The notes under the pieces are model-generated. The model was given only the letters and a program-made list of their open reading frames with translations, did no database searches and was not told the DNA's origin. From NCBI GenBank assembly GCA_035524375.1, contig DATKOZ010000035.1, positions 135,663 to 199,662 on the forward strand: a DNA stretch of 64,000 nt, read 5' to 3'. Position numbers and translations under genes: made by a program. Within the stretch, counting starts at the first letter, position 1. Each line of letters opens with the position of its first letter. Below are positions 55,843-64,000 of the stretch, piece after piece. This stretch comes from Candidatus Binataceae bacterium (GTDB taxonomy: Bacteria; Desulfobacterota; Binatia; Binatales; Binataceae).

Positions 55843-56820
55843 ATGAACGCTGCGAAATGGACTCTTGCCGCCATTGCGATTGTGGGCGCAAGCATCGCGA
55901 CGCTCCAGGCCATCGCGCAGTCGGGCACAACGACCGCCTGCGTGATCGGCGAGCCGCATGGCCCGACACCGCCGCGCGCACATCCGCGTGACCTTTTTGC
56001 TGCCGAGGATACGCGGTTAACAGTAACTTCGTTGGTGCCGGTCAATCCCAATTTGCAACCAAGCAGCGTTATGCTAGTTCAGGTTGATTCAAGTGGGACT
56101 CCAATCGCCACTTTGGGCCCGATGTATGACGACGGCACTCATGGCGACGCAGTGCCCGGCGACACCCAATACACCGCCCAGCCTACCCTGAATCCGCCGG
56201 CAGCAGGCCAGATATATCTGGCTGTCCAAGCCACCTACTCCAGTACTCCGGGATGTCGCCAGTCGAAAAACAATGACTGGGACATTGTTGTCTCGAGGCC
56301 ACGGGTCCCGGTTGCACAAATAAAAGCAGAGTGGAATGCCCATCAAGCGGCAATCCAGTTCTACGAAGGCGAAAAAAAGGATGGAGTCGATCCGGACCAG
56401 GCGAAACAAGACCTGAAGACTTTTATGATGGCGAGCTACGGTCCCAACGGTACTATCTATCCCGGATTAGTAGAAAAAGTGGCTACACCTTCGTTGGGTG
56501 GAAGGCTGATAATGATTACCTTTAGCTCCGGAGGGGTATTTGGCATCGCCGATTCGCCGCCGGACTTTTTGGAAGGTACGGGGGCCTCAAAAACGTCGAA
56601 ATCGCATATTGGCAAATCACTTGAAAGGCAAGGGGTGAGTACATCTGCGCGAAAACGCAAAGCACCCATTACCTACAACAGCAACAAGCTGTCTTCCCGT
56701 AGCAAACCCGCACAGGCACCCATACTGCCACAAGCGCGCCCTCCGGTCACCCAACAAGGCGCTGGCGGCCCCAATGCCAGCCAGGAGAAGGTCAAGCAGG
56801 CCACCGAGAGCAAGCCATGA
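55843..56820 (+). CDS. Secreted hypothetical protein, duplicate copy A (Ser/Lys/Pro-rich C-terminal tail)
   Basis: Signal peptide MNAAKWTLAAIAIVGASIATLQAIAQ; conserved core …LGPMYDDGTHGD…; about 325 aa; about 88% identical to copy B. Confidence 0.6.
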   Translation: MNAAKWTLAAIAIVGASIATLQAIAQSGTTTACVIGEPHGPTPPRAHPRDLFAAEDTRLTVTSLVPVNPNLQPSSVMLVQVDSSGTPIATLGPMYDDGTHGDAVPGDTQYTAQPTLNPPAAGQIYLAVQATYSSTPGCRQSKNNDWDIVVSRPRVPVAQIKAEWNAHQAAIQFYEGEKKDGVDPDQAKQDLKTFMMASYGPNGTIYPGLVEKVATPSLGGRLIMITFSSGGVFGIADSPPDFLEGTGASKTSKSHIGKSLERQGVSTSARKRKAPITYNSNKLSSRSKPAQAPILPQARPPVTQQGAGGPNASQEKVKQATESKP

Positions 56821-56980
56821 ACCACATCGCCGTGAGAGGGCTGCAAAACAGGCGCTCGCCGGGTGCGGCGGCAATGTTCGCGATTGCGGCGGATTGGATG
56901 CGCGGATCGGCGCCGGAAAGGCCGTCAATCAAGCGCCGGTCTGTGTCGTCTGCCGCCAAGGGGGACTTGCTATGCGGCAA
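56792..56980 (-). pseudogene. Truncated duplicate of the 5' end of the HEAT-repeat gene
   Basis: Its first 42 codons (MPHSKSPLAADDTDRRLIDGLSGADPRIQSAAIANIAAAPGER) are near-identical to the start of 55022..55765, then it diverges to a stop. Confidence 0.55.
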
Positions 56981-57057
56981 TGCTATCGGGCGCGATCCGG
57001 CCCCGACAAGGAGCGGCTATTCGGCGGGGTTGCGCTATACTTCGGCAGGGGCCGGAA

Positions 57058-58035
57058 ATGAACGCCGCGAAATGGACGCTTGCCGCCATCATAATTCTGG
57101 GCGCAAGCATCGCGATGCTCCAGGCCATCGCGCAGTCGGGCACAACGACCGCCTGCGTGATCGGCGAGCCGCATGGCCCGACAGCGCCGCGCGCAAATCC
57201 ACGTGATCTTTTTGCTGCCGAGGATACGCAGTTAACGGTAACTTCGTGGGTGCCGGTCACGCCCAATTTGCAACCAAGCAGCGTTATGCTAGTTCAGGTT
57301 GATTCAAGTGGCACTCCAATCGCCACTTTGGGCCCGATGTATGACGACGGCACTCATGGCGACGCAATGCCCGGCGACACCCAATACACTGCCCAGCCTA
57401 CCCTGAATCCGCCGGCAGCAGGCCAGATATATCTGGCTGTCCAAGCCACCTACTCCGGTACGCCGGGATGTCACCAGTCGAAAAACAATGACTGGGACAT
57501 CCTTGTCGTGAATCCACGGGTCCCGGATGCGCAGTTGAAAGCAGAATGGGATGCCAGGCATAAGGCGGTCGCGTTTTACAGAGCCGAGATTAATAACGGA
57601 GTGGATCCCGATCAGGCGAAACAAGACCTGAAGACTTTTATGATGGTGAGCTACGGTCCCAACGGTACTATCTATCCCGGACTAGTGCAAAAGGTGACCC
57701 TTCCCTTGCCGGGTGGCCGGTTGGTATTGATGACCTTCAGCTCGGGGGCGATGTCGGGCATCTCTGACCCCCTGCCAGACTTTTTGGAAGGATCGGGGAG
57801 CTCAAAAGCGTCGAAATCGCACGTTGGTAAATCACTTGAAAAGCAAAGGGTGAGTACATCTGCGCGAAAACGCGAAGCACCCATTACGCACAACGACAGC
57901 AAGCCGTCTTCCCCGAGCAAACCCTCACAGGAGTCCAGATTGCCCCAAGCGCCTCCCCCGGTCACCCAACAAGCCGCTGGCGGCTCCAATGCCAGCCAGG
58001 AGAAGGTCAAGCAGGCCACCGAGAGCAAGCCATGA
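57058..58035 (+). CDS. Secreted hypothetical protein, duplicate copy B
   Basis: MNAAKWTLAAIIILGASIAMLQAIAQ…; same architecture as copy A with scattered substitutions concentrated in the C-terminal half. Confidence 0.6.
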   Translation: MNAAKWTLAAIIILGASIAMLQAIAQSGTTTACVIGEPHGPTAPRANPRDLFAAEDTQLTVTSWVPVTPNLQPSSVMLVQVDSSGTPIATLGPMYDDGTHGDAMPGDTQYTAQPTLNPPAAGQIYLAVQATYSGTPGCHQSKNNDWDILVVNPRVPDAQLKAEWDARHKAVAFYRAEINNGVDPDQAKQDLKTFMMVSYGPNGTIYPGLVQKVTLPLPGGRLVLMTFSSGAMSGISDPLPDFLEGSGSSKASKSHVGKSLEKQRVSTSARKREAPITHNDSKPSSPSKPSQESRLPQAPPPVTQQAAGGSNASQEKVKQATESKP

Positions 58036-58124
58036 ACCACATCGCCGTGAGAGGGCTGCAAAACAGGCGCTCGCCGCAATCGCGCTGCTGGGCTCGGCCA
58101 GTCCGCGCCGCGATCACGCGCCAG

Positions 58125-59225
58125 TCAACGTTCCTCGCCGAACAGGAAAATCGAGAGTGCAATCATCCCGAATGTGAAATTCGGCAGCCATGCTGCCAGC
58201 CACGGTGCGATCAGTCCTGAACGTCCAAGCGAGGAAGTCAAGCCGAGCGCCAGCCAGTACCCGAACCCAATCAAGATTGCGAGGCCGAAGCTGCGGCCCA
58301 AGCTCAGGTTGCGCGGCAGTGGATCGAGGCTTAGCGCCATCCCGAGTGCGACCATGATTAAGCATGCCAGCGGCATCGCGTATTTGAGGTCGCGATCGAC
58401 GACATAGCCGCCGGGATCGAGACCCTTGCTTCGAAGGTCGTTGATATAGCGGTCGAGGTCCCAAAGGCTGAATTCTTCCGGGTCCAGCCGGAGCATCCCG
58501 AAATCGGCGGGCGTCAGCCCGAGATTGAGATCCCCTTTGCCGGTGGCGGTCACTGTACCGCCCCGGTCCAGTTGCATTTGGGTCATCCCGGTTGGAACCC
58601 ATCCATGTCCGTCCCAAGTGGCGGTCTTTGCGCGCGCGATACTTTGGACGCCGAAGTTATTATCCAGTTGATAATGGGTTACGCCGGTCAGCCGCGCGGT
58701 CTGGTTGTTGAAGCTTCCCGCGGAAACGAAACCGTCGCGCACGCGGATGAAAATTCCCCGGCTTGCGAACACCGCCTTGAGTTCACGCTTTTTGAGTTCA
58801 ACCTCGTACAGGTATTTTGCCTGCCGTGTGGCGATTGGGACCAGCGTTTCCGCCAGCACGAAATTGAATACCGAAATCAGCGCCGCGATTATCAGGATCG
58901 GCACCGCCATATCAACCCGGCTGATGCCAAGTTGCTGGCAGGCCAGTACCTCGCCGGACCGATTCAGCAGCGCGAATCCGAGCAACACGCCAGCCAGACT
59001 CGCAACCGGCAGGAGTTGCGAGACGGTCAACGGCAGCTTGAGGGCGAAATACTCCAATCCGATCAAACCGAGCCCGCCGTACCGGATCAGGTCGTTGAAG
59101 CGATCGAACATATCGCCCAGCATGTAAGCCGCCGTGAATGCGCCCAGGCAGACCATGAATGGGCCGAAAAATTGGCCCGCTAAAAAACGGTCGATAACCG
59201 GCGAAAGGCGCGGCCGGATTGTCAT
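58125..59225 (-). CDS. lptG: LPS export ABC transporter permease LptG
   Basis: YjgP/YjgQ family 6-TM permease. Start reset to MTIRPRLSPVIDRFL (59225), overlapping the lptF stop by 4 nt. Confidence 0.8.
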   Translation of the reverse strand: MTIRPRLSPVIDRFLAGQFFGPFMVCLGAFTAAYMLGDMFDRFNDLIRYGGLGLIGLEYFALKLPLTVSQLLPVASLAGVLLGFALLNRSGEVLACQQLGISRVDMAVPILIIAALISVFNFVLAETLVPIATRQAKYLYEVELKKRELKAVFASRGIFIRVRDGFVSAGSFNNQTARLTGVTHYQLDNNFGVQSIARAKTATWDGHGWVPTGMTQMQLDRGGTVTATGKGDLNLGLTPADFGMLRLDPEEFSLWDLDRYINDLRSKGLDPGGYVVDRDLKYAMPLACLIMVALGMALSLDPLPRNLSLGRSFGLAILIGFGYWLALGLTSSLGRSGLIAPWLAAWLPNFTFGMIALSIFLFGEER

Positions 59226-60418
59226 GCCGCCTGCCTGCTGCGCTCGAAGCGCTCGATCAGATCCCAAACGAAATCGCCCGGTCCGCGGCCCTGATCGCCG
59301 CGGTCGGACGCCGCCCGCCAGAACAACCATACGGCAAGCGCGGTGAACACCAAGTCAGGGATGCTCATCGCGACGAACGCATTTAGTTTTCCCCGCTGCG
59401 CAAGAGATTCACCAACCTTCATCAGCGAGTAGTAGAGAAAAAACAATGCGACCGCGACGCCGAAGCGTTCCGAATGGCCGCCGCGCGCCGGCTTCAGTCC
59501 CAGCGACACGCCCAAGAGTGCGAACAGGAGCGTTGCGACCGGGATGGTGAACTTCCCGGCCAGTTCGGTTTCGGCCTCGTAGTCGCGGGTGTGCGATGCG
59601 CGGGCATCCGAGATGCGGCGTTTCAAAGCTACGAACGGCAATTCGCTGACATCTTCTTCGCGGAACCGCAGTACCTCATCGGACACGCTCAGATCGTAGG
59701 TTCCAAAGCGGGTGACATGAGTCGCGTCGCTTTGTGCCTCAACGCCGTACACGGCCCCGTCGAACAATCGCAGCGTAATCTGGCTGTGTTCTTCATCGGG
59801 CACCAGCAGCCCGCGCTTGCCGATGATGGTGTTCCATTGATGCGGGTCGCGTCCGTCGGTAATCATCACGCCCTTAAGCGTGCCGTCGGTCTTGGACACT
59901 TCATCCACATATATGAGCAGACCGGGGAAATTGTCATTGAAAATTTTCTCCCGCAGCCCGGCGCTCGTGCGAGTCTGGCTCAGATGGTAAAGCTCCTGGC
60001 GCATGCGTCCGTTCGCCCACGGCCGGAGCGAAAACGCAAAGTATGTCGATGCGGCATAGACCAGGAACGCGACGGCCAGAACGGGTGCGGCCAGCCGGTA
60101 CAGGCTGATACCGCACGCGCGCGCCGCGATCATTTCCTGATCGCCGGACATCCGGCCAAATCCCATCAGCACACCCAACAGCAGCGCCATCGGGAACGTC
60201 AATTCGAGGAAGGCCGGCATGATGTAGGTCATCAGTCCGACGACCTCGCTCACCGCGACACCGTGATTGACGACCATCTCGATAAGCTTGAGCATCCGCG
60301 CCGTTACCAGCGCGAACGTCAATAGCGCGACGCCGACGCCGAATGGCGCCATCACTTCGAGCGCGACGTAGCGATCGAGGATGCCGGTTCCTGGAATCTT
60401 GCCCTTCACCTTCAGCAA
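59222..60418 (-). CDS. lptF: LPS export ABC transporter permease LptF
   Basis: YjgP/YjgQ family; ILDRYVALEVMAPFGVGVALLTF N-terminus. Confidence 0.8.
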   Translation of the reverse strand: MLKVKGKIPGTGILDRYVALEVMAPFGVGVALLTFALVTARMLKLIEMVVNHGVAVSEVVGLMTYIMPAFLELTFPMALLLGVLMGFGRMSGDQEMIAARACGISLYRLAAPVLAVAFLVYAASTYFAFSLRPWANGRMRQELYHLSQTRTSAGLREKIFNDNFPGLLIYVDEVSKTDGTLKGVMITDGRDPHQWNTIIGKRGLLVPDEEHSQITLRLFDGAVYGVEAQSDATHVTRFGTYDLSVSDEVLRFREEDVSELPFVALKRRISDARASHTRDYEAETELAGKFTIPVATLLFALLGVSLGLKPARGGHSERFGVAVALFFLYYSLMKVGESLAQRGKLNAFVAMSIPDLVFTALAVWLFWRAASDRGDQGRGPGDFVWDLIERFERSRQAA

Positions 60419-60540
60419 GTTTAAACAGGCGTGGCCCTGATTGAAACGCCCGCGAATGGATCATGAGCGGGCGCCCTGAGGCTCAGCGAAGGGTCTCGAG
60501 GGCCGGGGCGCGAAGCGGCGGGCTTTGGTATCATCTCGCG

Positions 60541-61386
60541 ATGGATCGCTTTCGAGGCAAGGGACGTTCAACTCGATTCGCTCCGGATCGCCCGCCGCCG
60601 CGTCCACGCGAAGAGGCTGGCGCTCCGGGTGGCGATGATCGCCAACTCGTGTATGGCGCCGAGCCGATTCGCGAGTTGATCGCGGCCGCACCTGGCGCAA
60701 TCCGCGTTCTGTATGTGAAATCGGGTGAGGAGCGGCGTTTTTCCGCGGAAATCGAGCGGGTTCGCGCCAGCGCCTCCGGGTCTGGTGGCGGGCGCGTCGA
60801 GTTTCTGGATGAAGCCGCGCTGGCGCGGGTCGCCGGCCAGGCCGCGCGCCATCAGGGAATCGCGGCCCTGATGCGCGAGTATCAATATGCGAACGTCGAT
60901 GATTTTTTGAGTGAAAAGCCGGATCCGATCGTCCTGGTCGACGGCGTCACCGACCCGCGCAATTTGGGCGCGCTGATGCGTTCAGCCGAAGGCGCGGGCG
61001 CCGGCGCTATCGTGCTGGCCCGCGACCGCACGGTCGGAATCACTCCCGCCGCGGTTAAGGCGTCGGCGGGCGCATGGATTCATTTGAAAATCGCGCGATG
61101 CGGCAATGTCGCGCGTACGCTCGAGGAGTTTAAGGAGGCCGGGTATTGGATCGCGGCGCTGGCTCCCGCCGGCGATACTTCGCTCTATAACCTCGATACG
61201 ACGCGCAAGCTGGTCATCGTGGTGGGATCGGAGGACCGGGGCGTTCGAGACATCGTTCGTAAAAATGCGGACTTCGTTGTAGGAATTCCGATGCGCGGCA
61301 AGGTCGCCTCGCTCAACGTATCGGTGGCCGCGGCCGTCGCGTTGTTCGAGGTATCGCGGCAGCGGGATGCGGCGAAAAGCCGGTAA
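60541..61386 (+). CDS. rlmB: 23S rRNA (guanosine-2'-O)-methyltransferase RlmB (SpoU/TrmH family)
   Basis: SpoU_sub_bind N-terminus (LVYGAEPIRELI) and SPOUT motifs (LVDGVTDPRNLGALMRSAEGAGA; IVVGSEDRGV; IPMRGKVASLNVSVAAAV). Start uncertain (60463 or 60541). Confidence 0.8.
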   Translation: MDRFRGKGRSTRFAPDRPPPRPREEAGAPGGDDRQLVYGAEPIRELIAAAPGAIRVLYVKSGEERRFSAEIERVRASASGSGGGRVEFLDEAALARVAGQAARHQGIAALMREYQYANVDDFLSEKPDPIVLVDGVTDPRNLGALMRSAEGAGAGAIVLARDRTVGITPAAVKASAGAWIHLKIARCGNVARTLEEFKEAGYWIAALAPAGDTSLYNLDTTRKLVIVVGSEDRGVRDIVRKNADFVVGIPMRGKVASLNVSVAAAVALFEVSRQRDAAKSR

Positions 61387-61467
61387 ACGCGCGGTGCGAA
61401 TCGTTTGCCTCTCCAAATCGGCTTGACAGGATGATAGGCTCCTAATAGCTTTTTCCCTTTGCTGTTG

Positions 61468-61539
61468 GCCGATGTAGCTCAACGGTAGAGCACCTGATTT
61501 GTAATCAGTAGGTTGCGAGTTCGATTCTCGCCATCGGCT
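61468..61539 (+). tRNA. tRNA-Thr (anticodon TGT)
   Basis: Cloverleaf gccgatg/catcggc acceptor, anticodon loop tttgtaa, T-loop ttcgatt. Confidence 0.8.
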
Positions 61540-61563
61540 TTTGGTCGGCATGATGACCTTAGC

Positions 61564-61649
<86 letters not shown>

Positions 61650-61678
61650 TTGAGCGGAGCGTTTGTTTTGGAGAGAGA

Positions 61679-61754
61679 GCGGGAATAGCTCAGTTGGTAG
61701 AGCGCGAGCCTTCCAAGCTCGGGGTCGCGGGTTCGAGTCCCGTTTCCCGCTCCA
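61679..61754 (+). tRNA. tRNA-Gly (anticodon TCC), CCA encoded
   Basis: Acceptor gcgggaa/ttcccgc, anticodon loop cttccaa, T-loop ttcgagt. Confidence 0.8.
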
Positions 61755-61842
61755 GTTTTACCCGGTCCATCGGATGGACCGGAGATGACGGAACCGCCGC
61801 GAGGATGTTCCTTCGAGGATGTAAAGGGCCGGAACGATGGAT

Positions 61843-61915
<73 letters not shown>

Positions 61916-61965
61916 TTCAAAAATTTTGCGCCGGCGAATCGGCGCGGTGATATTCGAGGTCGAGT

Positions 61966-62121
61966 ATGAGAGATTTAATCGGACTTGCGTGCGACGGATG
62001 CAAACGGCGCAATTACATAACCAGCAAGAACAAAAAGAAGCAGACCGACAAGTTTGCCATTAAGAAGTTTTGCCCCAACTGCCGCACCCATACGGTGCAT
62101 CGCGAGAGCAAGATTTCTTGA
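61966..62121 (+). CDS. rpmG: 50S ribosomal protein L33
   Basis: 51-aa ORF MRDLIGLACDGCKRRNYITSKNKKKQTDKFAIKKFCPNCRTHTVHRESKIS with a C4 zinc ribbon (CDGC…CPNC). Below the 60-aa cutoff of the supplied ORF track. Confidence 0.85.
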   Translation: MRDLIGLACDGCKRRNYITSKNKKKQTDKFAIKKFCPNCRTHTVHRESKIS

Positions 62122-62223
62122 GAGGCACGGGCTTACGCGGAAAATGGGTCGCGTCCGGCCGGACTTCGGTTGGCACGCGCGAATCGTTTCGAAACGGCGC
62201 CCCTTTTGAGGAGATGATGATCA

Positions 62224-62300
62224 GGGTCAGTAGCTCTAATTGGCAGAGCATCGGACTCCAAATCCGAGGGTTGCAGGTTCGAATCCTGCCTGGCCCGCCA
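62224..62300 (+). tRNA. tRNA-Trp (anticodon CCA), CCA encoded
   Basis: Acceptor gggtcag/ctggccc (one G·U), anticodon loop ctccaaa, T-loop ttcgaat. Confidence 0.75.
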
Positions 62301-62331
62301 GCCTATTTAGCGCTTGCTTTGAGAGGAGAAA

Positions 62332-62535
62332 ATGGATAGTCTGAAGAGTTACCTCGAACAGGGCGTAAACTTCGTTAAGGAAGCATGGACCGAGTTGTCG
62401 AAGGTCCACTACCCCTCGCCCAAGGAGACGATGCAGGCCACCGTGGTCGTGATGGGCTTGGCAGCTTTGTTGGCGGTATGGCTGGGAGTGGCCGATTTCT
62501 TCGCGGTGCGCGGCGTACGGATGTTGATTGGCTGA
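62332..62535 (+). CDS. secE: Preprotein translocase subunit SecE
   Basis: 67 aa, single C-terminal TM; FVKEAWTELSKVHYPSPKETMQATVVV. Confidence 0.85.
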   Translation: MDSLKSYLEQGVNFVKEAWTELSKVHYPSPKETMQATVVVMGLAALLAVWLGVADFFAVRGVRMLIG

Positions 62536-62614
62536 GGCGCGTGAGAACTAAGGATACGCCCGGCGCTTGACGCGAACAGGCCCGCATGGCGGGCCGGTGC
62601 AGAACGTGGAACCA

Positions 62615-63178
62615 ATGACCGAATCAGTTACAGAAGCGTCCGCTCCAGCCAAGAAGTGGTATATTGTGCACACTTACTCCGGCTACGAGCATAAGGCCAA
62701 AGCCGCGCTTGAAGAGCGCGTACGATTGCTCCACGTCGAGAGCAAGTTCGGCGAGGTACTGGTGCCCGTCGAGCGGGTGCAGGAACTCGGCAAGGGTGGC
62801 CAGCGCAAGGTTTCCAGCCGCAAATTTTTTCCCGGATACATTTTCGTGAACATGGTGCTGGACGACGAGACCTGGCACGTGATCAAGGATACTCCAAAGA
62901 TCACCGGCTTCGTCGGCCATTCTACCAATCCGCCCGAGGTTCCCGAATCCGAAGTCCGCGAGATTACCCAGCAGATGGCGGAAGGCGCGGTTCGGCCCAA
63001 GCCCAAGTTCCAATTCGAGGTGGGCGAGGCAATCAAGGTGATCGACGGACCGTTCCAGGACTTCAATGGGACAGTCGAGGAAGTGAAGCCCGACAAGGGC
63101 AAGGTACGCGTATTGATCTCGATCTTCGGCCGCGCAACTCCGGTCGAACTCGATTTCGTACAAGTGGAGAAGGCTTAA
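62615..63178 (+). CDS. nusG: Transcription termination/antitermination factor NusG
   Basis: KKWYIVHTYSGYEHKA NGN domain and C-terminal KOW (…FEVGEAIKVIDGPFQDFNGTVEEV). Start at MTESV preferred over 62567. Confidence 0.85.
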   Translation: MTESVTEASAPAKKWYIVHTYSGYEHKAKAALEERVRLLHVESKFGEVLVPVERVQELGKGGQRKVSSRKFFPGYIFVNMVLDDETWHVIKDTPKITGFVGHSTNPPEVPESEVREITQQMAEGAVRPKPKFQFEVGEAIKVIDGPFQDFNGTVEEVKPDKGKVRVLISIFGRATPVELDFVQVEKA

Positions 63179-63261
63179 CGGGCGGCGGAAGCCGCCGGCG
63201 CGGGGCCGATGCGGCCTTGGACGCCGATGTTTGACTTTGATTGACGGGAAGCTGAAATCGC

Positions 63262-63687
63262 GTGGCTAAGAAAGTTGTAGGACAGATCAAGCTCCAGATT
63301 CCGGCCGGGGCCGCAAATCCCTCGCCGCCGGTGGGCCCTGCGCTCGGCCAGCGCGGTGTAAATATCATGGAGTTTTGCAAGGCCTTTAACGCCCAGACGC
63401 AGAACATGCAGGGAATGACGATCCCGGTGATCGTGACCGTGTATGCCGATCGATCGTTCACCTTTGTAACCAAGAGTCCGCCCGCATCGAGCCTCCTGCT
63501 CAAAGCGGCCGGAATCGAGAAGGGCTCCGCAACGCCCAACAAGAACAAAGTCGGCAAGGTGACTCGCGCTCAGGTTGAGGAAATCGCCAAGCTGAAGCTC
63601 AAGGACCTTACCGCCGCCGATCTCGATGCCGCGATCAACACGGTGGCGGGAACCGCACGCTCGATGGGTATCGAGGTCGCCGGGTAA
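63262..63687 (+). CDS. rplK: 50S ribosomal protein L11
   Basis: [44 protein letters not shown]. Confidence 0.9.
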   Translation: MAKKVVGQIKLQIPAGAANPSPPVGPALGQRGVNIMEFCKAFNAQTQNMQGMTIPVIVTVYADRSFTFVTKSPPASSLLLKAAGIEKGSATPNKNKVGKVTRAQVEEIAKLKLKDLTAADLDAAINTVAGTARSMGIEVAG

Positions 63688-63713
63688 CGGCGCGAAAAGA
63701 GAGAGAAGCCACG

Positions 63714-64000
63714 ATGGCAGGGAAGAAATACCGCGAAGCGGCTAAAAAGATAGATCGAGATCGCCGCTATCCTTTGGAAGAGGCGATCAAGCTGACCGCC
63801 GCCACTAAACTGGCCAAGTTTGACGAGACCGTCGAAATAGCGGTCCGCTTGGGCGTCGATCCCCGTCAGGCCGACCAGAACGTCCGCGGCACCATCGTGC
63901 TGCCTCACGGCACCGGCGCGGTTGCGCGCGTGCTGGTGATCGCCAAGGGCGAGAAGGAGCGTGAAGCGCGCGAGGCGGGCGCGGACTTCGTCGGCGCCGA
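63714..64000 (+). CDS. rplA: 50S ribosomal protein L1 (3' end truncated by window end)
   Basis: [27 protein letters not shown]…[12 protein letters not shown]. Confidence 0.85.
   Translation, partial: MAGKKYREAAKKIDRDRRYPLEEAIKLTAATKLAKFDETVEIAVRLGVDPRQADQNVRGTIVLPHGTGAVARVLVIAKGEKEREAREAGADFVGA

Larger units (their letters stand above)
55642..58071. repeat. Tandem duplication, 2 copies of about 1215 bp (55642–56856 and 56857–58071)
   Basis: The junction string atgaaccacatcgccgtgagagggctgcaaaacaggcgctcgcc occurs at 56817–56860 and 58032–58075. The HEAT-gene 5' segment ggtgcggcggcaatgttcgcgattgcggcgg… occurs at about 55648 and about 56862. The 9-bp microhomology gcgctcgcc is at both breakpoints. 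Confidence 0.75.

Noticed and set aside
56817-57206. ORF 56817..57206 (+) and the N-terminal extensions of 55459..56820 and 56863..58035
   Set aside because: They are antisense to the HEAT-repeat gene or its duplicated fragment. The real secreted-protein genes start at MNAAKW with signal peptides.

Overview
High-GC (about 65%) bacterial chromosomal segment, diderm (LptF/LptG present) and possibly Acidobacteria-like; the taxon is inferred from gene content, not a database match. Most of the window is housekeeping or core metabolism: bioF/bioA/bioD, xseA/xseB, tlyA, a ROK kinase, hrcA, a D-Ala-D-Ala carboxypeptidase, ggt, ruvX, mltG, lptF/lptG, rlmB, and a tRNA(Thr-Tyr-Gly-Thr)–rpmG–tRNA-Trp–secE–nusG–rplK–rplA cluster. 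Four regions stand out. (1) A low-GC (about 47%) island at 2.1–6.1 kb carries a translationally coupled three-gene operon on the minus strand: DNA methyltransferase, a large ABC/AAA_21-type ATPase with an unrecognised N-terminal domain, and a PtuB/TIGR02646-type HNH nuclease. This looks like a methyltransferase-guarded Septu-like or new restriction-type defence system. It is flanked in inverted orientation by copies of a short CGCTCAGGATGACA repeat family, including a tandem array of about 4.5 copies, and is followed by a ParE/antitoxin pair. (2) The biotin operon is interrupted by higB–higA plus an orphan BrnA-like antitoxin gene that is translationally coupled to bioA. (3) Three tandem paralogs of TMTC-like (DUF1736 + TPR) putative O-mannosyltransferases are followed by an ArnT/PMT-family GT39 gene and a lysyl-PG-synthase-like flippase gene. 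(4) A 1.2-kb tandem duplication (55.6–58.1 kb) produced two diverging copies of a secreted hypothetical protein gene and a truncated copy of the 5' end of a HEAT-repeat gene. Smaller observations include several palindromic/REP-like clusters, a 33-bp in-frame duplication in a VIT transporter gene, and a GT2–methyltransferase fusion. No CRISPR array, rRNA or recognisable transposase/integrase was found. Many long antisense ORFs in the six-frame track are artefacts of high GC.
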